From assembly GCA_963817955.1 (NCBI GenBank), contig CAWFQK010000004.1:480001-544000 (forward strand): a DNA stretch of 64,000 nt. The letters run 5' to 3'. The notes beneath the pieces are model-generated. The model ran no database searches. It saw only the letters and a program-made list of their open reading frames with translations, and was not told the DNA's origin. Of this stretch, positions 9,984 to 21,202 are shown piece by piece (the stretch's first letter is position 1; every line of letters starts with the position of its first letter). The position numbers and the translations under genes were made by a program. The DNA comes from an uncultured Gemmatimonadaceae bacterium (GTDB lineage Bacteria > Gemmatimonadota > Gemmatimonadetes > Gemmatimonadales > Gemmatimonadaceae).

Positions 9984-10222
9984 CCATTCACGAACTCGAT
10001 ACTGTTGTCCTCGAACGCGATATCCCGGAGCATGGGCTTCGGCGCGGAGACTTGGGTGCGGTGGTCCACGTGTACGGCGAACAATCCATCGACGTCGAAT
10101 TCGTTCGACTGTCCGGGGAAACGCAAGCGCTCGTACAACTGACCCCCAATGATGTCCGCGGCGTGCGCGATGCTGATCTCCCCGCTGTACGAACGGCCGA
10201 GGTTCGGCGTGGTGCCGCATAA
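9980..10222 (+). CDS. DUF4926-like protein (putative antitoxin/immunity protein)
   Basis: IHELDTVVLERDIPEHGLRRGDLGAVVHVY..DVEFV..GETQAL. ATGA overlap with the upstream gene; stop lies in the R'' box. Confidence 0.8.
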   Translation: MTIHELDTVVLERDIPEHGLRRGDLGAVVHVYGEQSIDVEFVRLSGETQALVQLTPNDVRGVRDADLPAVRTAEVRRGAA

Positions 10223-10250
10223 CAATCGCGAACGGGACAGTCTTTCCCGC
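10217..10250 (+). repeat. Truncated attC site 7 (R'' only)
   Basis: GCATAAC matches the cassette 7 start GTCATGC. No R' GTT follows. Confidence 0.6.
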
Positions 10251-10259
10251 TAGGAGCCT

Positions 10260-10628
10260 GTGATGGTTGCTCAGCACCTGTCCTCAGATCGGGGAGCGGA
10301 TGTCACGCTCGATGTGCTCTGGCGCTCGACCGCGCTTCGCCTGCCCAGCCGTGCGGTTGCCAGTTTGCTCGTGGCCGGCATGACCATTCTCGCGGGTTCC
10401 ATCTTCGCTTCAGGGCCACTGAACCTTGGAGCCCTTGGCATCTGGATGATCGCATTCGCGGTCTACGCCGCGATCATCCAATCGGCCGTGGCGCACCGCT
10501 CGCGCCGCAGGGTCACACGGTTCCTCGCGAGGCTGACGAGCGCCATCGCCGCGTTCGCGGCCCTGAGTGTCGGGCTGCTGCTCTTGGCCGCGGTCTTCGG
10601 CGGCAGCATCGAGGTCATGCGCCGCTAG
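10260..10628 (+). CDS. Small membrane protein (3 TM), probable former cassette
   Basis: 122-aa hydrophobic ORF followed by an attC-like half site. Confidence 0.6.
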   Translation: MMVAQHLSSDRGADVTLDVLWRSTALRLPSRAVASLLVAGMTILAGSIFASGPLNLGALGIWMIAFAVYAAIIQSAVAHRSRRRVTRFLARLTSAIAAFAALSVGLLLLAAVFGGSIEVMRR

Positions 10629-10667
10629 TCTTTCGGTCGCGAGCAATGACAGCTCATCGTGGCAGCG

Positions 10668-10698
10668 AGCTGACGAACGCTGAACTTGTCGAGCGACC
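10668..10698 (+). repeat. Degenerate attC left half
   Basis: AGCTGAC-GAACG-CTGAACTTGTCGAGCGAC resembles GTATAAC-GAACG-CTGAAGCTGGCAAAGAGAC of attC6. Right arm is missing. Confidence 0.5.
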
Positions 10699-10753
10699 TT
10701 GCCATCCGCTGCAACCACGGTTCCTCGCCCGACTTCCTCCGTTGCATCCATCA

Positions 10754-11032
10754 ATGCTCTTCATGATCATCGAGCACTTTCGGGGAGGCGATCCGCGGCC
10801 CGTCTACGAGCGTTTCCGTGCTCAAGGCCGGCTCGCACCCGACGGCCTGCACTATGTCAACAGCTGGGTGACAGTCGACCTCGCGCACTGCTACCAGATC
10901 ATGGAGTGTGAGGATCGCGGCCTCCTGGATCAATGGCTCGCGGCGTGGACAGATCTCGTCGACTTTGATGTCTATCCGGTTATCAGCTCGGCGGAAGCGA
11001 CTACTCATGTTATATCTGGGACGTCGAGTTAA
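10754..11032 (+). CDS. DUF3303-like protein
   Basis: MLFMIIEHFRGGDPRPVYERFRAQGRLAPDGLHYVNSWV..CYQIMEC..WTDLVDFDVYPV. Confidence 0.8.
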   Translation: MLFMIIEHFRGGDPRPVYERFRAQGRLAPDGLHYVNSWVTVDLAHCYQIMECEDRGLLDQWLAAWTDLVDFDVYPVISSAEATTHVISGTSS

Positions 11033-11048
11033 GCATCTCGACCATGCA

Positions 11049-11080
11049 AGCTGACGTGCGCTGAAGCCGACGAGCGATTT
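11049..11080 (+). repeat. Degenerate attC left half
   Basis: AGCTGAC-GTGCG-CTGAAGCCGACGAGCGAT resembles the attC2/attC6 left arms. Right arm is missing. Confidence 0.5.
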
Positions 11081-11108
11081 GTTGTCACGAATGCACGGAG
11101 GATGTCGT

Positions 11109-11813
11109 ATGACCGGTCCTATCGACAACTCACAACACAGGGCTGCACGAACGGCCGGCATAGCCTACGTGCTTTCCTTCGTACTCGTCGTCGGCGTGAA
11201 TTTCGGGATCTTCGGACGGCTGCTCGTCGGCGATCCAGGCCAGATTGCGCGGGCGGTCATCGCGAACGCAACCGTCTTTCGCATTGGTCTCGTGGGCCAG
11301 CTCCTCTACTCCGTCGGCGTTGTCGTCGTCAGTGCAGCCCTGTACATAGTGCTCGGGCCCGTTGACCGGCTGCTGGCCCTCCTGGCTGGCGTCGGCCGCC
11401 TCGTCCATGCATTCACTTGGCTCCTGGTCTCGCTGAATCTCTTGACTGCATTGCGGCTGCTGGGCCAGCCCGACTATGCGCACGCCCTCCCGCCGGATCA
11501 ATTGGCGGCGCTCGCTCGGCTCGACCTCTCCGGCTTTGATCAGTACTACGTCGGCCTTCTCTTCTGATCGTTGGCCTCGACCCTCGGCGCCTATTTGTGG
11601 CTCAAATCGCGGTACATCCCGAGGGCCATGGCCACGTTTGGCCTCGCGGCGAGCGTCTGGGGTGCGGCCTGCTGCTTCGCGCTTTTCATCTTCCCACGCT
11701 TTTCAAACGTGGTGAACCTGTGGTGGTTCGATGTCCCGATGGTGCTCTTCGAACTGAGTCTGAGCCTTTTGCTGATTGCCAAGGGCCTCCGATCGCCTCG
11801 ACTCGCGCATTAG
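11109..11813 (+). pseudogene. DUF4386-like membrane protein with one in-frame TGA (11565-11567)
   Basis: ORFs 11079-11567 and 11571-11813 are in the same frame. Motifs AARTAGIAY..FRIG..YYVGLLF*SLAS..KSRYIPR..PMVLFELSL. Confidence 0.75.
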
Positions 11814-12287
11814 GGTCGTCAATTGTGGCAATTGCCGACGGCGTTGGCAGATGCCGCCCTTCGCGCACCACACCGAGGCCCCACGACGGAGGCTGTGCGC
11901 TCGCGACAGCGCTCCGTTGGCGACCAGTCTCGGCGAAGGATGGGCCGGAATACGCACTCGCGTGCCGCCATCCAGTGTTCGGCCGCTGATGCGCGAAAAC
12001 TTGGCCGCGGCGTTCAGGCGCGGGGACGACGTCCGCCTATTTCATCGCGATCGTCGGCGGGATGCCCGCAGCTCTTCGTCCTGCTTGGGCCTCTACCTTA
12101 CAAACACCCCAGTTTCGAAAACACAACTTTTCGGTTGCTGGCAGGGACCAGTGCAACTCCAACTCTGATTCGCCGACCAGCGATCAATGAAACCGGAGCG
12201 CGAACGCTAGAAATGCCACGAAGGGGCGCAACAACCGTCCCACGCATTCGCGGCATTCGTGTTCACATCGGCAATCTCGCCCCGTCA

Positions 12288-12644
12288 GCGCTGTACGACG
12301 CGCTGGAAGCGCCGAAAATCGCGGTACAAGCGCTGAAAATCGCGATGGCAGCGCTGAAAGACGCGATACAAGCGGCGAAAAACGCGATGCAAGCACCGAA
12401 ATTCGCGATGCAAGCGCTGAAATTCGCGATGACAGCGCTGAAATTCGCGACACAAGCAGTGAAACTCGCGACACAAGCACTGAAAATCGCGACGCAAGCG
12501 CTGTTCGGCCGACCCTCAGCGTGTTTCACTGACCTGCTCGCGTGATTCACCGGCCTGCTCGCGCGTTTCACTGACCTGCTCGCGTGATTCAGCGACCTGC
12601 TCGCGCCTTTCACCGACCCGCGCGCCCTGTCAGCTCGCGTGAGC
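12288..12644. repeat. Degenerate 21-bp tandem repeat tract (~17 units, two sub-types)
   Basis: Ten units like GCGCTGAAAATCGCGATGCAA, then units like GCGTGATTCACTGACCTGCTC, all in strict 21-bp phase. Confidence 0.85.
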
Positions 12645-12709
12645 GGACATTCTGTCCGCTCATACGCGTCCTTTCGCGTCAATGCAGTGGTGTACGCGAC
12701 CACTCTCAC

Positions 12710-12748
12710 GGAAAACGGGGGCTGCCGAAGCAGCCCCCGTTTCCTTTC
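12710..12748. terminator. Hairpin terminator downstream of groEL
   Basis: AAACGGGGGCTGC-CGAA-GCAGCCCCCGTTT. Confidence 0.8.
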
Positions 12749-12776
12749 GTACAGTGTCGAGCGACGAACGCGTGGG

Positions 12777-14419
<1,643 letters not shown>

Positions 14420-14467
14420 GGTGCGAAATCCTCATTCAGAAAGTGAGAATTAGCGTTTGTGGATAGT

Positions 14468-14770
<303 letters not shown>

Positions 14771-14826
14771 ACGGTTTGCTCCTCCTTCTCTGTGGCTGCG
14801 GTAAAAAGAATGATTGGCTTGTGTTG

Positions 14827-14853
14827 TTAGCACTCAGCACACAAGAGTGCTAA
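14827..14853. promoter_or_regulatory. CIRCE element (HrcA operator)
   Basis: Perfect TTAGCACTC-N9-GAGTGCTAA upstream of groES. Confidence 0.97.
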
Positions 14854-14861
14854 CGACCCGC

Positions 14862-14890
14862 AGTCTACCCGGTTCCGACTCCCCAGTCAA
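14862..14890 (-). promoter_or_regulatory. Sigma70-type groESL promoter
   Basis: TTGACT-N17-TAGACT on the minus strand just upstream of CIRCE. Confidence 0.75.
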
Positions 14891-14937
14891 GCCGAGCGAG
14901 TGTACCGAATGAGGCTAAGTCATTCCTCCGCAAACGT

Positions 14938-15729
14938 TTAAGCAGGCCCAGGCTCTGGCCGAAGCAACGAATGCGCGATCTGCAGGCCCTGCAGCGTCAG
15001 ATGCGGCTCCACTCGGTCGAACGACCGGCACAACGTCGCCATCGTCTCGGCGAAGCCCCCCGTGGCGATCACCAATGGCACCTGCTCACGTGGCCAGCTC
15101 TCCTTGATCCGGCGCACGATGCCGTCGATCGCATCCGCGGCGCCAAACAGGACGCCTGCCCGAATGCAATCCTCCGTGCGCGTGCCAATCACCCGCGTGG
15201 GTACGGTGATCTCCGTCGCCGGCAGCTTCGAGGTGCGCCGCGTGAGCGTCTCCGCGGATGTCAGGACGCCTGGCGCGATCACGCCGCCGAGGAACACGCC
15301 GTCGGCGGTGATACAATCGAAGGTCATCGCCGTTCCCATGTCCACGACGATCGCGTCGCGGGCGAACAGGCGACTCGCGGCCAGTGTGTTGATCAGCCGG
15401 TCGGCGCCCACCGTGAGCGGCTCGTCGACCGCGAGGCGGATCGGCAACTCGGCACGGGCGTCCACCACCAGCGGCGTCCCAATGGCGAAGTACTGCTCAC
15501 ACGCGCTGCTCAACGGGCCCGTCACGCGAGGCACCACGGATCCGATCGCGACGCTCGTCACCGCGTCGGGCGTGAAGTCGCTCGCCGCCAACAGGGAGTG
15601 CAGCAGCACCCCGAATTCGTCCGGCGTGCGCGCGACGTCCGTCATGACCCGCCAGTGGCCGCGCAGCTCGGCCTCGCTGAACAGGCCAATCGTCAACTCG
15701 GTGTTTCCCACATCGAAGACGAGGATCAT
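14938..15729 (-). CDS. coaX: Type III pantothenate kinase
   Basis: MILVFDVGNT; VGADRLIN; VVDMGTAMTFD; GGVIAPG; IATGG. Confidence 0.93.
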   Translation of the reverse strand: MILVFDVGNTELTIGLFSEAELRGHWRVMTDVARTPDEFGVLLHSLLAASDFTPDAVTSVAIGSVVPRVTGPLSSACEQYFAIGTPLVVDARAELPIRLAVDEPLTVGADRLINTLAASRLFARDAIVVDMGTAMTFDCITADGVFLGGVIAPGVLTSAETLTRRTSKLPATEITVPTRVIGTRTEDCIRAGVLFGAADAIDGIVRRIKESWPREQVPLVIATGGFAETMATLCRSFDRVEPHLTLQGLQIAHSLLRPEPGPA

Positions 15730-16499
15730 GGCGCCTCCTTGTTGAGGACGAGAGAACCTGCGCGTACAACGACGTCGCCAGCAGCCGCGCGCACGCAGAG
15801 CGCGCCGCTCGCGTCGATTCCCTGCACGACGCCAACGACCGGCTCCACGCAGGCGCGCCCGCCCGCAAAATCCCGCGCGGCAAACTCGGCGAGCTCCACG
15901 TTTGACAACACCCCTGAACACAGCGCCGCTCGGCGGATCGCCGGTATGACCGCGTCGAGGAGGGCGAGACGCGCGACGCCCGAGCGTAACCCGATGGCAT
16001 TCGGCTCCCCCTCCGGCGCGCGAACATTGACGCCAACCCCAATCGCCACCCATTCCGGCAATCCATCACGCCACCGCGCCTCCACGAGCACCCCAGCGAG
16101 CTTGCGCCCGTCCGCATACACATCGTTTGGCCACTTGAGCCGCACAGCGCCATCGGCGAACGCGTCCAGCGCGGGGGCGAGCGCCAGCCCGACGCGCAGC
16201 GACAACACGTCCAGTGCAGCCAGGTCATTCGGACGCTCCACGAGCGTGAGCCAGACGCCAGCCCCCAACTCCGACCGCCACGATTTGCCCAATCGTCCAC
16301 GCCCGGCGCTCTGCCTGTCCGCCAGCACCAGCGTGCCCGCGGGAGCGCCTTCTGCAGCCAACAGGTGCGCCACGTCCAGCGTGGACCCAACAGTAGCGAA
16401 GGCGACGACCTTGGGCAGGCCGAGGCGTTGTTCGAGGTCGTCGCCGCGCAGCCCGTCGTAGCGGCCGGCGGCGCCGGCGTGATCAGCGGATGACGACAA
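15726..16499 (-). CDS. birA: Biotin--protein ligase
   Basis: GSTLD; QSAGRGRLGKSW; LKWPNDV..RKLAGVLVE..GVGVNV. Confidence 0.93.
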   Translation of the reverse strand: MSSSADHAGAAGRYDGLRGDDLEQRLGLPKVVAFATVGSTLDVAHLLAAEGAPAGTLVLADRQSAGRGRLGKSWRSELGAGVWLTLVERPNDLAALDVLSLRVGLALAPALDAFADGAVRLKWPNDVYADGRKLAGVLVEARWRDGLPEWVAIGVGVNVRAPEGEPNAIGLRSGVARLALLDAVIPAIRRAALCSGVLSNVELAEFAARDFAGGRACVEPVVGVVQGIDASGALCVRAAAGDVVVRAGSLVLNKEAP

Positions 16500-17247
16500 G
16501 ATAGAATGCGATCGCCAGCACGATGCGGTACCAGCCGAAGAGTGTGAAGTCCCGCGTCTTCAAGTACGCCAGGAACCACTTGATCGCGACGATGGCGGTG
16601 ATGAAACTGACGATGAATCCGATCGCCAGCGTACCGAAATGCCCTGACAGCCCGGAATATCCTTTGAGCAACTCGAGCGCACTCGCGGCCAGCATCGTCG
16701 GCACGGCGAGCATGAATGAGAATTCGACGATCGTGCGCTTGCTGATGCCAATGAGCGATCCGCCGACGATCGTTGCCGCGGACCGGGACACACCGGGCAC
16801 GATCGCGAGTGACTGGAACAAGCCAACGAGCAGCGCCTTCTTGTACGTGATCTCGCTGAAATCCGCTTCACGTTGCGAGTGATTCTTGAATCGCTCGAAG
16901 ATGAGCAGCGCGATCCCGCCGATGAGCAGCGTCCACAACACGACGTCGATGCTACCCAGCAAGTGCTTGATGACCTTGTAGAGCGCGAGTCCGATGATGC
17001 CGGTCGGAATGAACGCGACGACCAGCTTCTTGAGAATTTCCCAGTTCCAGAATTTGCTCCAGTACAGCACGACGACCGACAGGATGGCGCCCAGCTGAAT
17101 GATGATCTCAAAGCTCTTGACGAACTCGGACTCCGTCAGGTGCAGCGCGTCGGCCGACAGGATCAGGTGGGCGGTAGACGACACGGGCAGAAACTCCGTG
17201 ACGCCCTCGACGACACCAAGCAGGAGGGCGTGGCCGGCGTCGAGCAC
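16483..17247 (-). CDS. uppP: Undecaprenyl-diphosphate phosphatase
   Basis: GVVEGVTEFLPVSSTAHL; IQLGAILSV; PGVSRSAATI. Confidence 0.93.
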   Translation of the reverse strand: MLDAGHALLLGVVEGVTEFLPVSSTAHLILSADALHLTESEFVKSFEIIIQLGAILSVVVLYWSKFWNWEILKKLVVAFIPTGIIGLALYKVIKHLLGSIDVVLWTLLIGGIALLIFERFKNHSQREADFSEITYKKALLVGLFQSLAIVPGVSRSAATIVGGSLIGISKRTIVEFSFMLAVPTMLAASALELLKGYSGLSGHFGTLAIGFIVSFITAIVAIKWFLAYLKTRDFTLFGWYRIVLAIAFYLVVIR

Positions 17248-17294
17248 AGGTTGCGCGAGGGCGGCCGATTGCTGAAAGATCACGATGGATTGGG

Positions 17295-18465
17295 TCAGGG
17301 GTCCGGCGTGCGTTCGATCGTCGAACGCTGCGCGAGGGTGTATTCGTAGAACGCCTCGTACTGGGCAACCATGGCATCGAGGGAGAATCGCTCGCGGGCG
17401 TCTGCCGCAGCCAGCGTACTCATTGCCTGCCAGCGATCCCGATCGGACAGAATGCCGATCGCTGCGTCGGACATGCCATCGACGTCGCCGACGGGGCAGA
17501 GCGCGCCGGTCTCGCCATCGCGGACCACCTCGGGCAGGCCGCCCGCGTTTGCCCCAATGACCGGCACGCCGCAGGCAAGCGCCTCGAGCGCGCTCAGGCC
17601 GAACGACTCGCTGTTCGATCGGCAGCAGGTAACAGGTCCGCGCCGGCGAGCAGCGGCGCGACGGCGTCGATCCGCCCGAGGAAGAACACCTTCTCCTGCA
17701 ACCCAAGCGTCGCGCGCCTCTGCCTCGGCGTCCAGCGCGGTCGGGGCCGTCGCCGACCATGACGAGCACGCTCGGAATCCGCGCGGCGACGCGGCCGAAA
17801 ATGCGAACGACGTCCCGCACCCGCTTCACGGGACGGAAGTTCGAGACGTGCATCAGCACTCCGAGTCCCCGGCGGCACCTGACCGTCGAGCATCGGCGTC
17901 GTAGTGCGCGCGGTCGTAGACGGCGGGATCGACGAAGTTCGGGATGACTTCGATGCGACAGGCCGTGCACCCGAAGGTCGTGAGCGTCTCCTGCTGCAGA
18001 TACTGCGACACAGCGGTGAACCCATCGGATTTTTCGATCGAGAACTTCGTGATGGCGCGGAACGACGGGTCCTGTCCGACGATGGTGATGTCGGTGCCGT
18101 GCAGCGTCGTGACACGCGTGATGTCCGGCCGCGTCGCCGCAGCATCTCCTTGCGCGATCCACGCGCTCGTCGCGTGCGGGATGGCGTAGTGACACGTGCA
18201 GCAGGTCGAGCCCATGCGCGAGCACCACCTCGTGCATGCGCACCGCGAGCGCGAGGTCGTACGGCGGATACTCGAAGAGCGGATAGCGGCCGACGTCCAC
18301 CTCGTGGAAGTAGATGCGCGGCAGGAAACGCCGGCAGGCGGAACGGCATGCTGGTACGTGATGAAGTGAACCTCGTGTCCGCGCGTGGGCGAGCGCGATG
18401 CCCAGCTCGGTCGCCAGCGCGCCCGACCCGCCGTACGTCGGGTAACAGGTGATGCCGATCTTCAC
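17295..18465 (-). CDS. bshA: N-acetyl-alpha-D-glucosaminyl L-malate synthase (indels)
   Basis: [64 protein letters not shown]. Confidence 0.88.
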
Positions 18466-19397
18466 GCGGCGCGCTCCTCCGCGATCCACCACCGTCGACG
18501 TCCGACTCACGGGTCGTGCGGGTCGAGCCGCGTCACCCGGCTCGGCCGGGAGTTGATGCCGGAACCACGTCCGCTGCCGCTTCGCGTACTGCCGCGTGTC
18601 GATGAGAATTGCCTCACGCGCCGCGGCGCGCGACCAGCTCGCCGCGCACGAGCCGGCGCACCGTCATGTATCCCGTCGCGTTCCACGCCGGCGCGTCGAC
18701 CGGGATCGTCTGCATCGAGCCGTCGTACCTCGTCTGGCCAGCCGTTGTCCAGCATATCATCGATCCGCTGCGCAATGCGGCCCTCCAGCGCCGGACCCGG
18801 ATCCACCACAAGATAGCGCGGCCGCCAACGGGAAGCGCGAGCGTGCTCGCGATGCAGCTCGCTGACGCGCCGTCCGGCGAGCAGCGCGATCTCGACGGCG
18901 CGCAGAAGCTGGGTACGCCCCAGGTGCGCGCGCGCCGGATCGAGCGCCGCACCCAGCGGCGCAGTTCGTCCGTCTCGAGCGCAGATAGGACGCTCGCGAG
19001 TCGCGCACGCTGTCCTGCGTCGAGTGCCGGCTCGTGATACAATCGCCTCGAACACCGCGCGCAGGTAGAGGCCCGTCCCGCCAACGACGAGCGGAACGCG
19101 CCCTCCCGCCAGAGCGCCCGCAATCCATCGGTCGGCACTCTCAGCCCACGCGGCGGCAGAGTAGCGGTCCGAAGGATCGACGAGGTCGAGACCGTCATGC
19201 GGAACGCGCGCACGTTCGGCCGTGGTTGGTTTTGCTGTGCCGACGTCGAATTCGCGATAGACCTGACGGGAATCGCCGCTGATGATCGTGCCGCCGACGC
19301 GCTCGGCCAGCCACAACGCGACGGCACTCTTCCCCGCAGCCGTCGGCCCGCAGATGACGCGAACCTCAGCGCCGGCCGAATCGTCGCTCAATCTCAT
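18462..19397 (-). CDS. miaA: tRNA dimethylallyltransferase (indels)
   Basis: ICGPTAAGKS; DSRQVYREFDVGTAKP; VGGTGLY. Confidence 0.92.
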
Positions 19398-21135
19398 CCC
19401 ACGTAAGCTGTACGATTGTCGCGCGGCCATGCACGTCGTGCGCCGGCAGCGTCGTGTCGCGTAGGGCCAGATACAGCGCCCGCATCTCACTCGGCGACAG
19501 CGCGTCGCCTGCCTTGATCGCTGCTTTACACGCCACTGTTGCCGCGAGTCTTTCGTGGCGCGCGTGCGTGCCAGCCTCTCGGTCCCCGGTGAGTGCGGCG
19601 AGGGTCTCGCGCAGACACCGCTCGGCATCGAATCGTGGATGCGGCATCGGCACCCTGCTCACGAGCAGCGTATGCCCGCCGAAACCCTCGATCTCGAATC
19701 CGAGACGTTCGAAGATTACCGGTCGCGCTCGAACGCGTCGGCCTCGGCGGGCCCCAGGTGCAGCGTCATGGGAAAGAGCAGCCGCTGCGCCGGCTGCGTC
19801 CCCGCCCTCGAGCGTCCTCATGAACTGCTCGTACAGCACGCGCTCGTGTGCCGAATGCTGGTCGATCAACACGACCCCGTGCTCGTGCTCGAACATCAGA
19901 TACGTGCGCTGCAGCTGCACGAGCGGCGGCACATCCGCGGTTGCAGGTGTCACGACTGGGGGATGTGCCGTCACAGACCGCGCGTCCGCGCCCGCATCGC
20001 CGTCAGGCCTCGGCTCGAACAGTCCGTCTTCCATGGCGCGCGTATGCAGTGCGTCCACGTCCACCGACGTCGGCGGCACCAGCACCGGCGTGGGCGAGAC
20101 AGCCCATGACAAACGGCCGAACGTCGCGCCTGCCTCGAACGTGCCGAGCGCGCGCCGCACCGCGTTCTCCACAATGCGCTCCACGGGCCAACGATCGCGG
20201 AAGCGGACTTCGGCTTTGGCCGGATGCACGTTCACATCGACCATGTCGGCGGCAACGACGACATCCAGGAACATCGTCGGCCGCACACCTGCCGGAATCG
20301 TCGAGCGGTAGGCTGCTTCGGCGGCACGCACGATCCCCGTGTCGCGCACCGCCCGCCCGTTGACCGATAAGAAGACTCGCCGCGTACCGGTGCCGACGTC
20401 CGCGGGGCGTTCAACCAGTCCGACGACGTGCGTGGCGCCGCTCACGTCGTCAACGTCGAGCAGGCGCGCGGCCAACGGGCCACCGTACAATGCCGCCAGA
20501 CGATCGCGGAGCTGCGTTGCCGCCGGCAGCGAGAGCATTGGTTTGCCGTCGTGCGTTGCGCTCACGCGGACGTCCCGCCGCGTGAGCGCCATCGTACCGA
20601 TCACGTCGAGGACTGCGCGCCATTCCGCGCGCGCACCACGCAGGAACTTCAGTCGTGCGGGCGCATTATAGAACAAGTGTGACACGCGCACCGTCGTGCC
20701 GCGACGGCGACTGGCGGACGTCACGTCGAGCACAGAGCCGCCGGCGGCACGCACCAAGGTGCCCGCACCATCTTCCAGAGAGGTCTCCAACTCCAAGTGC
20801 GAGACGGAGGAGATTGCGGCGAGCGCTTCACCACGAAATCCAAAACTCCGGACGCCAACGAGGTCCTGCGCCCTGCGGATTTTTGACGTCGCATGCCGTT
20901 CGAGCGACATCACCGCGTCGTCGTGCGACATGCCACAGCCATCGTCGCTCACACGGATAGTCTGGCGGCCACCGTCCTCGATCGACAGATCGATCGACGT
21001 GGCGCCGGCGTCGAGCGCGTTCTCGATCAGCTCCTTTACCACAGATGAGGGCCGTTCGACAACCTCCCCCGCCGCGATCTGATCGGCGACGGCGCTCGGC
21101 AGGACAGCGATGCGTTGAAGCGAGGGGGAGGACAC
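19366..21135 (-). CDS. mutL: DNA mismatch repair protein MutL
   Basis: IAAGEVVERPSSVVKELIENALDAG; GFRGEAL; DVNVHPAKAEV; DQHSAHER; ACKAAIK. Probable local compensating indels near 19740-19800. Confidence 0.95.
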   Translation of the reverse strand: MSSPSLQRIAVLPSAVADQIAAGEVVERPSSVVKELIENALDAGATSIDLSIEDGGRQTIRVSDDGCGMSHDDAVMSLERHATSKIRRAQDLVGVRSFGFRGEALAAISSVSHLELETSLEDGAGTLVRAAGGSVLDVTSASRRRGTTVRVSHLFYNAPARLKFLRGARAEWRAVLDVIGTMALTRRDVRVSATHDGKPMLSLPAATQLRDRLAALYGGPLAARLLDVDDVSGATHVVGLVERPADVGTGTRRVFLSVNGRAVRDTGIVRAAEAAYRSTIPAGVRPTMFLDVVVAADMVDVNVHPAKAEVRFRDRWPVERIVENAVRRALGTFEAGATFGRLSWAVSPTPVLVPPTSVDVDALHTRAMEDGLFEPRPDGDAGADARSVTAHPPVVTPATADVPPLVQLQRTYLMFEHEHGVVLIDQHSAHERVLYEQFMRTLEGGDAAGAAAALSHDAAPGARRGRRVRARPVIFERLGFEIEGFGGHTLLVSRVPMPHPRFDAERCLRETLAALTGDREAGTHARHERLAATVACKAAIKAGDALSPSEMRALYLALRDTTLPAHDVHGRATIVQLTWDEIERRFGRR

Positions 21136-21202
21136 CGCGAAAAGCTACCGGTACGACGCGTGACGCGTCAATCGCTGGCCGCCGCCCACTGGCCGCTGTG
21201 TG

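Noticed and set aside
11565..11567. In-frame TGA in the DUF4386-like gene as selenocysteine (selB is in the window)
   Set aside because: It lies in a transmembrane context with no redox motif and no convincing SECIS. A TGG->TGA mutation or sequencing error is simpler.
16483..18510. 675-aa BshA-UppP fusion ORF (similarly the 921-aa, 715-aa and 550-aa extended ORFs)
   Set aside because: These result from frameshifts and stop-poor GC-rich frames. Each gene has its own start codon.
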